Below are positions 1 through 7,268 of a stretch of 32,000 bases of DNA, piece after piece. The translations under genes and the position numbers were made by a program. Position 1 is the stretch's first letter, and the number at the start of each line of letters is the position of its first letter. The notes under the pieces are model-generated. The model was not told where the DNA came from. It did no database searches and was given only the letters and a program-made list of their open reading frames with translations. Source of the stretch: Candidatus Saccharimonadota bacterium (GTDB lineage Bacteria > Patescibacteriota > Gracilibacteria > UBA4473); the NCBI GenBank assembly GCA_030429505.1, contig JAUIFI010000001.1, forward strand, positions 660,001-692,000. Reading direction: 5' to 3'.

Positions 1-368
1 CTGGCTTTTACGCCGGCATGCACCGATCCAAAAGAGAAGATAAAGCTGCCCAACTGCTCGAAACCGTAGGCTTAGGAGACCGACTCGATCACAAACCCTC
101 AGAGCTTTCCGGCGGGCAACAACAACGCGTCTCCATCGCTCGAGCTCTTATGAATGATCCGGAAATTATTCTCGCAGATGAACCCACCGGAGCCCTAGAT
201 TCAGTCACCGGAAAAGAAATTCTCCAACTTTTTCTGGATTTCAAAAAACGCGGGAAAACCGTCATCGTCGTCACTCATGACCCAAAAGTCGCCGATTACG
301 CCGACCGCATCATTTTCATGAAAGACGGAAAAGTACTTGATCATAACTATAAACTGACAAAAGCCTAA
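1..368 (+). CDS. ABC transporter ATP-binding protein (MacB/LolD-like), C-terminal part; 5' end lies outside the window
   Basis: ABC signature [15 protein letters not shown], Walker [13 protein letters not shown] and H-loop VTHD. The frame stays open back to position 3. An FtsX-type permease gene lies downstream. Confidence 0.9.
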   Translation, partial: GFYAGMHRSKREDKAAQLLETVGLGDRLDHKPSELSGGQQQRVSIARALMNDPEIILADEPTGALDSVTGKEILQLFLDFKKRGKTVIVVTHDPKVADYADRIIFMKDGKVLDHNYKLTKA

Positions 369-509
369 ATGATGAAAATAAAAAAATTGTCGCAGTGCTT
401 TTGTCATCCTGAATTTATTTCAGGATCTATGAACAAAAATACCACTCACTCTTGGAGCTCCCGAAACAAGTTTGGGATGACAGATTCTTTGTTAACTTTT
501 AAAAAATGA
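369..509 (+). CDS. Candidate 46-aa small protein bridging the ATPase and permease genes (MMKIKKLSQCFCHPEFISGSMNKNTTHSWSSRNKFGMTDSLLTFKK)
   Basis: The ATG at 369 directly abuts the TAA stop at 366-368. The frame stays open for 46 codons in an AT-rich spacer. Its TGA (507-509) overlaps the permease ATG (506-508) as ATGA. It is below the ORF-track size cut-off and I recognise no homology. Confidence 0.3.
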   Translation: MMKIKKLSQCFCHPEFISGSMNKNTTHSWSSRNKFGMTDSLLTFKK

Positions 510-1699
510 TACGTTGGGAAATGCTACTCATGGCGTGGAATGCACTCGTTGCGAATAAGATTCGTACACTGCTCTCTATGCTCGGTATCATTATCGGCGT
601 TTCTACTGTCATTGCCGTCATTGGCATCGGTGCTGGAGCACAACAAACTATCGATCAGCAATTTAAAAATCTCAGCGTCACCTCTATCATTGTTTTCCCC
701 AATCGTGGAGGCGCCGGCAGTTCCAAGCTCTCCGCAGATGATGTTCCCTACGTCCTCTCACGAGCGAACTTCGTCGTCAATGGAACCGCCATGATCTCAG
801 GAAATACAACCGTCTCTGCTGGTAAAGAAAATCAGAGCACATCAGTCCTAGGGATCAATTCAAAATTTTTTGACATTGCCAATCTCTCTATAGGACAAGG
901 AGAACTCATTACCGACGCCATGGAACGTGAGCATCAGAAAGTCGTCGTCCTAGGATACACACTGGCTGAAACACTCTTTGGTGAAGGCAATGCCTTTCAG
1001 GCCGTCGGACAACCCGTCACCGTTGCCAGACGAAAATTTACCATCATCGGAGTTTTGGCTGAAAATGGTGCCAGTTCCTTTGGAACTTCCTACGATGATG
1101 CTGTTTACACGCCTTTTTCGGTTGCGGAAAAAACCGTCCTCGGCGGCAACGCTCAAGTCCGCCTGACCTTTCTCGGACGAGAAGTGGAAACTCTAGAACT
1201 CGCTGAGGAAGAAATCACCACACTCCTGCGAGAAAAGCATCGACTGCGAGACAGTCAAGAAGACGATTTTCGAGTTCGTGACCCAGGCTCTATCGTCTCC
1301 TCAGCCAAAGAAACCACCAGCACCATATCTTTTCTCCTTACTTCTGTCGCCACTATCGTCCTGATCGTATCGGGAATCGGTATCATGAATGTCATGTTTG
1401 TCACCGTCGCCGAACGCACCAAAGAAATCGGCGTACTCAAAGCCATTGGTGCTAAAAAGCAAGATATCCTGTCCCAATTTTTATTAGAATCTGTCATCTT
1501 ATCTGTATCCGGCGGCATCATTGGAATTATCCTAGGACAGACCATCATACCACTTCTTCAGGAGTACGGCGCTGTCCGTTCCCTCTCTGCGGTACTTCTG
1601 GGTTTCTTTTTCTCAGTGATGGTCGGCATCTTCTTTGGCTTTTATCCGGCGTTGCAGGCATCAAAGCTCGATCCGGTAGATGCGTTGAGGAGTGAGTAA
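506..1699 (+). CDS. ABC transporter permease, MacB/FtsX family
   Basis: N-terminal TM helix (RTLLSMLGIIIGVSTVIAVIGIG), a large extracytoplasmic domain, and a C-terminal FtsX-type 3-TM bundle (AERTKEIGVLKAIGAKKQDILSQFLLESV). It is paired with the upstream ATPase. Confidence 0.9.
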   Translation: MIRWEMLLMAWNALVANKIRTLLSMLGIIIGVSTVIAVIGIGAGAQQTIDQQFKNLSVTSIIVFPNRGGAGSSKLSADDVPYVLSRANFVVNGTAMISGNTTVSAGKENQSTSVLGINSKFFDIANLSIGQGELITDAMEREHQKVVVLGYTLAETLFGEGNAFQAVGQPVTVARRKFTIIGVLAENGASSFGTSYDDAVYTPFSVAEKTVLGGNAQVRLTFLGREVETLELAEEEITTLLREKHRLRDSQEDDFRVRDPGSIVSSAKETTSTISFLLTSVATIVLIVSGIGIMNVMFVTVAERTKEIGVLKAIGAKKQDILSQFLLESVILSVSGGIIGIILGQTIIPLLQEYGAVRSLSAVLLGFFFSVMVGIFFGFYPALQASKLDPVDALRSE

Positions 1700-1706
1700 A
1701 AAAAGA

Positions 1707-1737
1707 AGCCTGGAGGAAAAAATTTCCCCAGGCTTTA
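1707..1737. terminator. Putative bidirectional rho-independent terminator between convergent genes
   Basis: Stem AGCCTGG (1707-1713) pairs with CCAGGCT (1728-1734). An A-run lies upstream and TTT downstream, so the minus-strand reading gives a long T-run. Confidence 0.5.
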
Positions 1738-1784
1738 ATAACTAAGGTTTTGTGAAGTGTTTTTTAATAAATTTCTAATTAGTG

Positions 1785-2690
1785 TTATGGATAAATCATT
1801 ATTTTCTGATTGTGCTGTCTTTGCCCTCCTGGGGCCATAAGCACTAATTGGTAGACGCCGGGTACTATGCCGACCGTTGAAAATGGTTGTTCATTTGAAC
1901 CATGAAACGACCTTACTGGTCGTCCCGTAAAATCAAACAGAACTATATCCGATTTAGGATAAACAGAAGAGACCAAAAAGCTGTTCCCAGCTTTGATCGG
2001 ATTTGGAAAGATCCTGAAACTAGGAACTGCCTCCACAAATTCTACACTAGTAGAAATCCCTGATTTCACAACGTGAAACCATTTTTCAAACCAAGTTTGA
2101 GTCGCCAGAAATCTTCCGTCTGGCAATTTTCCTGCCGATAACAGTCGTATTTCGTAAACCGTATCTCTTACAAAAGAGTCACGGTTATAGAAACTCGGCA
2201 AAAATACATCTTCCGGCAAAGGAAATTCTACCCAATTTGCCCCACTGGTATCCACAACAAAGTCTTCCGGGATTTCCCAAAAGAAATAATCCGGACTTTT
2301 CACTCGAGGTTGATTAAGTTCATCTCGAATTATGCGATCGATAAAGATCGCATAAGCACTGACGTTGGTATACTGCATCTTCGAAAAGAAGCAAATAGGA
2401 AAAGATAAAGAAAAAGCCACGGTATCTCTGTCCGATCGATCCGTTATTATCAATGAACACGGGGTTGGATGCCCCTCGTCCATAAATTGAGGAATAGTAT
2501 CAATTTCGAAATCGCCATTGGCAAAAAAGTTTCTCGCTCCTGGCCAATTTATAGTACCATCATCCCGTACTATATCGGTCAACAAGGAATCACTTCCTTG
2601 TGGCAAAATTATTACCTCAGTAGCTTGTGCACTTAGCATCGTACTCACGGCAGTCGTGAGTAGAAAACATAAAATTATTAACCTTTTCAT
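1785..2690 (-). CDS. Secreted hypothetical protein with a T9SS-type (Por) C-terminal sorting-domain-like tail
   Basis: Signal peptide MKRLIILCFLLTTAVSTMLSAQA. The C-terminal ~75 aa (FRIFPNPIKAGNSFLV...IVLFDFTGRPVRSF...VPGVYQLVLMAP) fit the TIGR04183-like pattern PNP...D..GR.V...G.Y. An alternative ATG lies at 2711. Confidence 0.6.
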   Translation of the reverse strand: MKRLIILCFLLTTAVSTMLSAQATEVIILPQGSDSLLTDIVRDDGTINWPGARNFFANGDFEIDTIPQFMDEGHPTPCSLIITDRSDRDTVAFSLSFPICFFSKMQYTNVSAYAIFIDRIIRDELNQPRVKSPDYFFWEIPEDFVVDTSGANWVEFPLPEDVFLPSFYNRDSFVRDTVYEIRLLSAGKLPDGRFLATQTWFEKWFHVVKSGISTSVEFVEAVPSFRIFPNPIKAGNSFLVSSVYPKSDIVLFDFTGRPVRSFHGSNEQPFSTVGIVPGVYQLVLMAPGGQRQHNQKIMIYP

Positions 2691-2895
2691 AAAAAAATTC
2701 CTTAAAATCATTCACGAAAACTTTAAAGAGCAACGCCTCTCTGAAAAAATTCCAGAGAGAACCACATGCCACAAACGCAATATAATACAAAAATGTAAAA
2801 AAGTGAAATATACATGAAGAAAATATTTGCCCTGAAAATTTTCTCTTCGTTAGTCAAACAAGCTATACTTGATCCAAATCCCTTCTTTCTAAATC

Positions 2896-3348
2896 ATGAA
2901 AAATCTATTCACACTCCTCACACTCATTATCACGACCTCTGTACTCGCTGGATGTCAGCAACCATCATCTTCCGTCCCCACCGTGAAAGAAGAAAAAATG
3001 ATGGAAGACCATTCCACGATAGATAATGAAATGATGGAACCTAAAGAGTCCGAATCAATGGAAACAGAAAACGTGGAAACCTTTTCCCTCACTGGAGAAA
3101 ATTTTGCCTTTAGTCAGAAAGAAATTCGTGTCAAAAAAGGCACAACAGTCAAAATCCAATTTGCCAGCACTGGCGGTTTCCACGATTGGGTTATAGATGA
3201 ATTCAACGCCGCCACAGCTCAAGTCAAAGCTGGAGAATCCACCTCTGTCGAATTTGTAGCTGACAAAATCGGAACCTTCGAATACTACTGCAGCGTCGGC
3301 AATCATCGCGCTCAAGGCATGGTTGGCACACTAATCGTAGAAGAATAA
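2896..3348 (+). CDS. Cupredoxin (type-1 blue copper) lipoprotein with a Met-rich linker
   Basis: Lipobox VLAGC at Cys20. Candidate Cu ligands are His in GGFHDW and the C-x4-H-x4-M motif in YYCSVGNHRAQGM. The linker EEKMMEDHSTIDNEMMEPKESESMETE is Met/Glu-rich. Confidence 0.8.
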   Translation: MKNLFTLLTLIITTSVLAGCQQPSSSVPTVKEEKMMEDHSTIDNEMMEPKESESMETENVETFSLTGENFAFSQKEIRVKKGTTVKIQFASTGGFHDWVIDEFNAATAQVKAGESTSVEFVADKIGTFEYYCSVGNHRAQGMVGTLIVEE

Positions 3349-3425
3349 ATCACAAAAAACGCAAAAAAATTTTCTTTACAAGAAAAAAGCCCATATACTA
3401 GACACAAATATTTCTTTTTTTAACC

Positions 3426-3650
3426 ATGAAAAATATATTCGCAATGTTCGCTCTAATCATTATGACTGCTGTTTTAGCTGGATGTCAGCACACTCCTTCT
3501 TCTGATTCCATGATGATGGAAGACGACGCTTCTATGAAAATGGAAGAAGAAAAAATGATGGAAGATAATTCCATGATGGAAGATGACGCTTCTATGGAAA
3601 TGGAGGAAGAAGTAGCTACAGAGGCTGATACTGAAGCGGCTACAAAGTAA
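3426..3650 (+). CDS. Small Met/Glu/Asp-rich lipoprotein, candidate Cu(I)/soft-metal binding protein
   Basis: The leader MKNIFAMFALIIMTAVLAGC is paralogous to the cupredoxin leader, with an identical 14-mer gctggatgtcagca at offset 51 in both genes. The mature part has 11 Met in 54 aa and a duplicated MMEDDASM(K/E)MEEE unit. Confidence 0.65.
   Translation: MKNIFAMFALIIMTAVLAGCQHTPSSDSMMMEDDASMKMEEEKMMEDNSMMEDDASMEMEEEVATEADTEAATK
3513..3611 (+). repeat. Intragenic tandem repeat (period 60 nt) encoding MMEDDASM(K/E)MEEE twice
   Basis: Units at 3513-3551 and 3573-3611 are near-identical at the nucleotide level. Confidence 0.85.
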
Positions 3651-3678
3651 ACGCAGCAATAGTTTGTATTCTAAAAAA

Positions 3679-3700
3679 AGTTGGGAAACCAGCTTTTTTT
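3679..3700 (+). terminator. Rho-independent terminator after the Met-rich lipoprotein gene
   Basis: Stem AGTTGG/CCAGCT (one G-U pair) with a GAAA tetraloop, followed by a run of 7 T. Confidence 0.65.
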
Positions 3701-3713
3701 GTTTCTACCTTGA

Positions 3714-3751
3714 CAAAAAACAACCTGAGAAAAATGTTAACTTCTCTCAGG
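3714..3751 (-). terminator. Rho-independent terminator for the minus-strand gene ending at 3780
   Basis: Minus-strand stem CCTGAGA/TCTCAGG (7 bp, 14-nt loop) followed by TTGTTTTTTG. Confidence 0.5.
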
Positions 3752-3779
3752 CTGCAGGTTTAGGTTAGATGAGTGGGAA

Positions 3780-4568
3780 TTAGTGGACTATAAGTTGGGC
3801 GTATTCTATTGAGGTTCCGGTTCCAGAGTGGAACCTAATCTGGTACGAGCCTCGGGGTATATTTTGCGTTGGAATTGCCATCTCACTGTTGTATCCACCA
3901 AAACTATGGAATACCACTCTCCCCATGAGGTCATATATTGTGACCTTACAAGGAGTTTCAAGAGAAGCCGTTACAACATCGCCTTTTTCGACTGGGTTCG
4001 GATGGACCGAAATGTCGAGAGGGGCCATGTCCAGAACGCTTGTTGATATGCGGTTGATCACTTTTATCATTGCAAAGTCGAACTTAAAGTTCCAAAATCC
4101 TCCATTCTCCATACGTCCCGCAGCGATGAGCGAAGGACGGAAAAAAATTAGAGAATCTGGATCTTCGCTTTGATAAAGGTATTCAGTCTCTTCTATCGGA
4201 ACAGATAGTGATATTATTCTTGAAGAATCAGTCTTTTCCTCAGAAAAGTCTGTTTCCTTAAAAATATCTTTTCCAAAAATTTCCGCCACGGAGATTTCAG
4301 AGTAAATCCCACTGAGAGGGATAAGTTCTCTGAAAACTACTCTGTCTATGGACAAATAGAATTGAAGCTGGTTATTTGTAGTCGCCTCAAACCTGAATTC
4401 CATTTCGTCCTGATAATGGACACTCAGCGTATCACCAAAGCACTTATCGTAAATATAAACGCCTGCTCTGACATGATGTTCCCATGGATCACACCTATTA
4501 TGCTGAGCTATAACAAAGGATACAGAGGAAATCAATACGACAAAAGATAAAAAGAAAAGCCTTTTCAT
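3780..4568 (-). CDS. Secreted hypothetical protein with a T9SS-type C-terminal sorting-domain-like tail (paralogous tail to 1785..2690)
   Basis: Signal peptide MKRLFFLSFVVLISSVSFVIAQ. The tail is ISVHPNPVEKGDVV...VTIYDLMGRVVFHSF...IPRGSYQIRFHS. Both proteins have ISTSV just before the tail. Confidence 0.6.
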   Translation of the reverse strand: MKRLFFLSFVVLISSVSFVIAQHNRCDPWEHHVRAGVYIYDKCFGDTLSVHYQDEMEFRFEATTNNQLQFYLSIDRVVFRELIPLSGIYSEISVAEIFGKDIFKETDFSEEKTDSSRIISLSVPIEETEYLYQSEDPDSLIFFRPSLIAAGRMENGGFWNFKFDFAMIKVINRISTSVLDMAPLDISVHPNPVEKGDVVTASLETPCKVTIYDLMGRVVFHSFGGYNSEMAIPTQNIPRGSYQIRFHSGTGTSIEYAQLIVH

Positions 4569-4723
4569 AACTTTACTCCTTTTTTAGGTTTTCTAACAAT
4601 ACTCACTCATAAAACTTCAAAGAGCCATCCTCCTCTTAATTTTTTAGAGAGAATAAAACGCTACTACTATGCTTATACCATTTTGCACTATAAAAGTGAA
4701 GAAATTATTAAATGAAAAATCTG

Positions 4724-6034
4724 CTATGCCTTTTTTGGAGAAATAGTTTTTATCTCAATTGTTTTGGCGGTTTTCCCTTCCATAGCCATAACCTTGAGTT
4801 CGATCTGAGTTCGTGGGATGCGAACGACGTCATCTTTTTTGGGAAATCGATGAAGGAGTTCCATAACGAGCCAACCCACAGACTTATACCGGGGAAACCG
4901 AACAGGAATGCTTCCATTCATTTCTTTTTCTAAATCTCCCAGAGACATATCCGCATCTACCGTCATATTATTCTTTCCACGCTTAGTAATCGCTAATTTT
5001 TTTTTGTCCGTTTCATCCTCGATTTCTCCCACAACCTCCTCCAAAATATCCTCCATCGTCACCAGACCCATCGTTTCTTGATTTTCATTGACCACTATAG
5101 AGAGATGCTGTTTTTTCTTCTGAAACTTAAAAAACAAGTCATCAATAATCATACTTTCTGGAACCTTAAGAATCTTCGGGAGAGCAAACTTTCTGAGGGG
5201 TTTTTCCAAATTATGAGGATCCGACAAATGTCGACTTATCTGAGAAAGAGCAGCAATATGAGTAATATCATCAACATTGGTCTCAAAAAGCGGGACTCGG
5301 GACACTCCATGATCAGTAAAAACCGCCAAAAGATCTTTGAGCAAAATATCACGCGAAGCTGCCACGATACGAGATTTTGGAGTCATAACCTCCCGTACAC
5401 GTTTGTCATTGAGCAACAAAATTTTTTGTAGCATTTCCTGCTCTTTTTTTTCGAGTACACCATGCTTTTCTCCGACACGAATCATAGCCTGTATTTCTTC
5501 TTCGGAAATATCACTAAGCTCCATTGAAGAAGTTTGAGCTTGCTTTTTTCTCTTGTGACGGGGTTTTAGAAGCTCTGTAGCCTTTGATACCGGTATGATC
5601 ACCGGTGCTAGTACAAACATGAGAAAGAGCAACACATGAGCCGAAGCCCTCGTAAATCCCACTGTGTAATAGATCGCTATTTTTTTGGGAATAATCTCCC
5701 CAAAGAGCAAAATCAAAACCGTCCCCGTCGTCACCGCCCACGTAAAACCAAGCCCCACCCCGAATAAAGCCGTCGCCGTCACCGTCAGATACGCACTAAG
5801 TAAGATATTCACCAAATTACTCATGATCAGATTCGTCATGATACATCGATCCAATTCACCATAAACTTTTGCTATCGCCTGAGAAGCAAACTTTTTTTGT
5901 CCCTTGATCATCTCTACCTTTGCTAAAGATAAAGCGGTAAAGGCTGTTTCCGCACCAGAAAAAAACGCTGATAAAATCAGCAATACCGCAACGTTGAGAG
6001 AGACGAGTCCTAGATGAACCGATTCAAGTTCCAT
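4724..6034 (-). CDS. CNNM/TlyC/CorC-family transporter (DUF21 membrane domain, CBS pair, CorC_HlyC domain)
   Basis: The N-terminus is a 4-TM DUF21-like region (ILSAFFSGAETAFTAL). The central part is CBS-pair-like (VREVMTPKSRIV...; QHLSIVVNENQETMGLVTMEDILEEVVGEIEDE). A C-terminal transporter-associated domain follows. Confidence 0.85.
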   Translation of the reverse strand: MELESVHLGLVSLNVAVLLILSAFFSGAETAFTALSLAKVEMIKGQKKFASQAIAKVYGELDRCIMTNLIMSNLVNILLSAYLTVTATALFGVGLGFTWAVTTGTVLILLFGEIIPKKIAIYYTVGFTRASAHVLLFLMFVLAPVIIPVSKATELLKPRHKRKKQAQTSSMELSDISEEEIQAMIRVGEKHGVLEKKEQEMLQKILLLNDKRVREVMTPKSRIVAASRDILLKDLLAVFTDHGVSRVPLFETNVDDITHIAALSQISRHLSDPHNLEKPLRKFALPKILKVPESMIIDDLFFKFQKKKQHLSIVVNENQETMGLVTMEDILEEVVGEIEDETDKKKLAITKRGKNNMTVDADMSLGDLEKEMNGSIPVRFPRYKSVGWLVMELLHRFPKKDDVVRIPRTQIELKVMAMEGKTAKTIEIKTISPKKA

Positions 6035-6190
6035 TATATGCAGAAAGTATAACAGGAAATGAAAAAAAACAGAGGCATATCAATGACTTTTGCCCAAAAT
6101 AGAAAAAAGTATTCCTTCATAATAACATGCCAAAAGATGCCAAACTAATACCAAAGGGTGGAAGAACACAAAATCAACACATTCGTTTCT

Positions 6191-6223
6191 ATATAAAAAA
6201 ATAGAGGAGAGATTACTCTCCTC
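6191..6223 (-). terminator. Rho-independent terminator downstream of 6238..6558
   Basis: Minus strand reads GAGGAGAG-TAAT-CTCTCCTC (8-bp perfect stem) followed by TATTTTTTTAT. Confidence 0.75.
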
Positions 6224-6237
6224 CGAAAAAAGTTTGT

Positions 6238-6558
6238 TCAAGGGAACCAAAAGGATGAAACTGATGATCTCCTTTGTTCGTAAAATGAGGTGCCTCGAGA
6301 ACTGCTTCGTTGAGGCTCTTCGAAAGTACGAAGCCTATCCTGCACCAGTTGCGATGAACCCCCTTGCCGAAGAGCATGAGCATTGTTTATCACAAATCGA
6401 CGAAAATTCTTTGTATTACGCACAATGGTTCTGTGCTTAAGACAATTTACTCTGTATCTCCCACCGCTGAGAGGTTTAAACGTTACCCTAAAAGATGGGT
6501 CTTGTCCTAGGTGCTTTATTAAATCACCTAAACTATTGAATTTCACGGGTTTAGACAT
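6238..6558 (-). CDS. Small basic hypothetical protein (106 aa)
   Basis: The ATG at 6558 is preceded by GGAGG (6568..6564) with a 5-nt spacer, and a strong terminator follows directly. The listed TTG start at 6570 sits inside the RBS. No family recognised. Confidence 0.6.
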   Translation of the reverse strand: MSKPVKFNSLGDLIKHLGQDPSFRVTFKPLSGGRYRVNCLKHRTIVRNTKNFRRFVINNAHALRQGGSSQLVQDRLRTFEEPQRSSSRGTSFYEQRRSSVSSFWFP

Positions 6559-6649
6559 ACAAACCTCCAATGTTTATAAAAAAGAACAAACTAAATATTT
6601 TTCTAATGTATATTTAATTTTTTGTCAAAGTTCCTTTATGATGTATTTT

Positions 6650-6677
6650 TGAAAGAAAAATTTCTCTCTTACGTCTA
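6650..6677 (+). promoter_or_regulatory. Candidate ECF-type (sigma-W-like) autoregulatory promoter TGAAAG-N16-CGTCTA
   Basis: TGAAAG at 6650-6655, a 16-nt spacer, then CGTCTA at 6672-6677. The B. subtilis sigma-W consensus is TGAAAC-N16-CGTA. The motif ends 13 nt before the sigma-factor ATG, and no SD is visible. Confidence 0.35.
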
Positions 6678-6690
6678 TACTTTATGAAGT

Positions 6691-7263
6691 ATGGAAGATA
6701 CAAAAAAACTGAGCGACGAAGAGTTGGTTCAGAAATCACTCCAAAACGTGGATTATTTCGGTTCTTTGATGGAACGGTTTGAACCCAAACTCATCCGATA
6801 TGTTCTACGTATATCCTCATTTTCACTAGAAGAAGCAGAAGAAATCATCCAAGAAGTTTTTTTAAAAACATGGAAAAATCTCAACGCTTTCTCAGGAGAA
6901 GTGAAATTCTCTAGCTGGATTTACCGCATCACACACAACGAAACTATTTCCGCATTTCGCAAATACAAATCTCGTGGACACGACCAAAAAATTGACGATG
7001 AAAAAGCTTTTGAACTCATCGCTTCCGAAGTTGACCTTCCCAAAGAACTGGACCAAAAATTAAACGCCCATACCGTCCGAAGCACTCTAAATCAAATGAA
7101 AGAAAAGTATCGCGAAGTACTCATCCTCAAATTTCTAGAAGACAAAAGCTACGAAGAAATCTCCGATATCCTGCAAAAACCCATGGGTACCGTTGCCACA
7201 CTAATAAATAGAGCCAAAGAGTCATTCCGAGAAATCGCCACCCGCAAAAATATTCAATTCTAA
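6691..7263 (+). CDS. RNA polymerase sigma factor, ECF (sigma-70 group 4) family
   Basis: Region 2 (EEIIQEVFLKTWKNLNAF...FSSWIYRITHNETISAFRK) and region 4 HTH (YREVLILKFLEDKSYEEISDILQKPMGTVATLINRAKESF). Confidence 0.9.
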   Translation: MEDTKKLSDEELVQKSLQNVDYFGSLMERFEPKLIRYVLRISSFSLEEAEEIIQEVFLKTWKNLNAFSGEVKFSSWIYRITHNETISAFRKYKSRGHDQKIDDEKAFELIASEVDLPKELDQKLNAHTVRSTLNQMKEKYREVLILKFLEDKSYEEISDILQKPMGTVATLINRAKESFREIATRKNIQF

Positions 7264-7268
7264 ATACC

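Noticed and set aside
89-407. Antisense ORFs 89..274 and 201..407 overlapping the ABC ATPase gene. The same pattern recurs throughout the track, e.g. 540..794, 950..1156, 1255..1548, 9419..9802, 9787..10086, 10987..11570, 23483..25750, 29761..30766 and 31563..31918.
   Set aside because: They lie inside or opposite long ORFs that have clear family motifs. They have low-complexity or odd composition and no start signals, so they are shadow ORFs.
2737-2759. Inverted repeat CTCTCTG-N9-CAGAGAG in the divergent region upstream of the cupredoxin gene, as a possible copper-regulator operator.
   Set aside because: It matches neither the CopY (TACAnnTGTA) nor the CsoR operator pattern, and no regulator gene is nearby. 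It is too speculative.
2814-3026. ORF 2814..3026 upstream of and overlapping the cupredoxin gene.
   Set aside because: It overlaps the well-supported lipoprotein leader in another frame and has no signal or motif. The region more likely holds the divergent promoters.
3508-3612. Short tandem repeats considered as a possible CRISPR or other non-coding array.
   Set aside because: There are only two units, they are in-frame within a lipoprotein ORF, and they encode a Met/Glu-rich peptide repeat. No repeat-spacer architecture occurs anywhere in the window.
6126-6145. Direct repeat ATGCCAAA-ag-ATGCCAAA upstream of the CNNM transporter gene, as a possible regulator binding site.
   Set aside because: Two 8-mers in an AT-rich promoter region could easily arise by chance, and there is no supporting palindrome or known motif.
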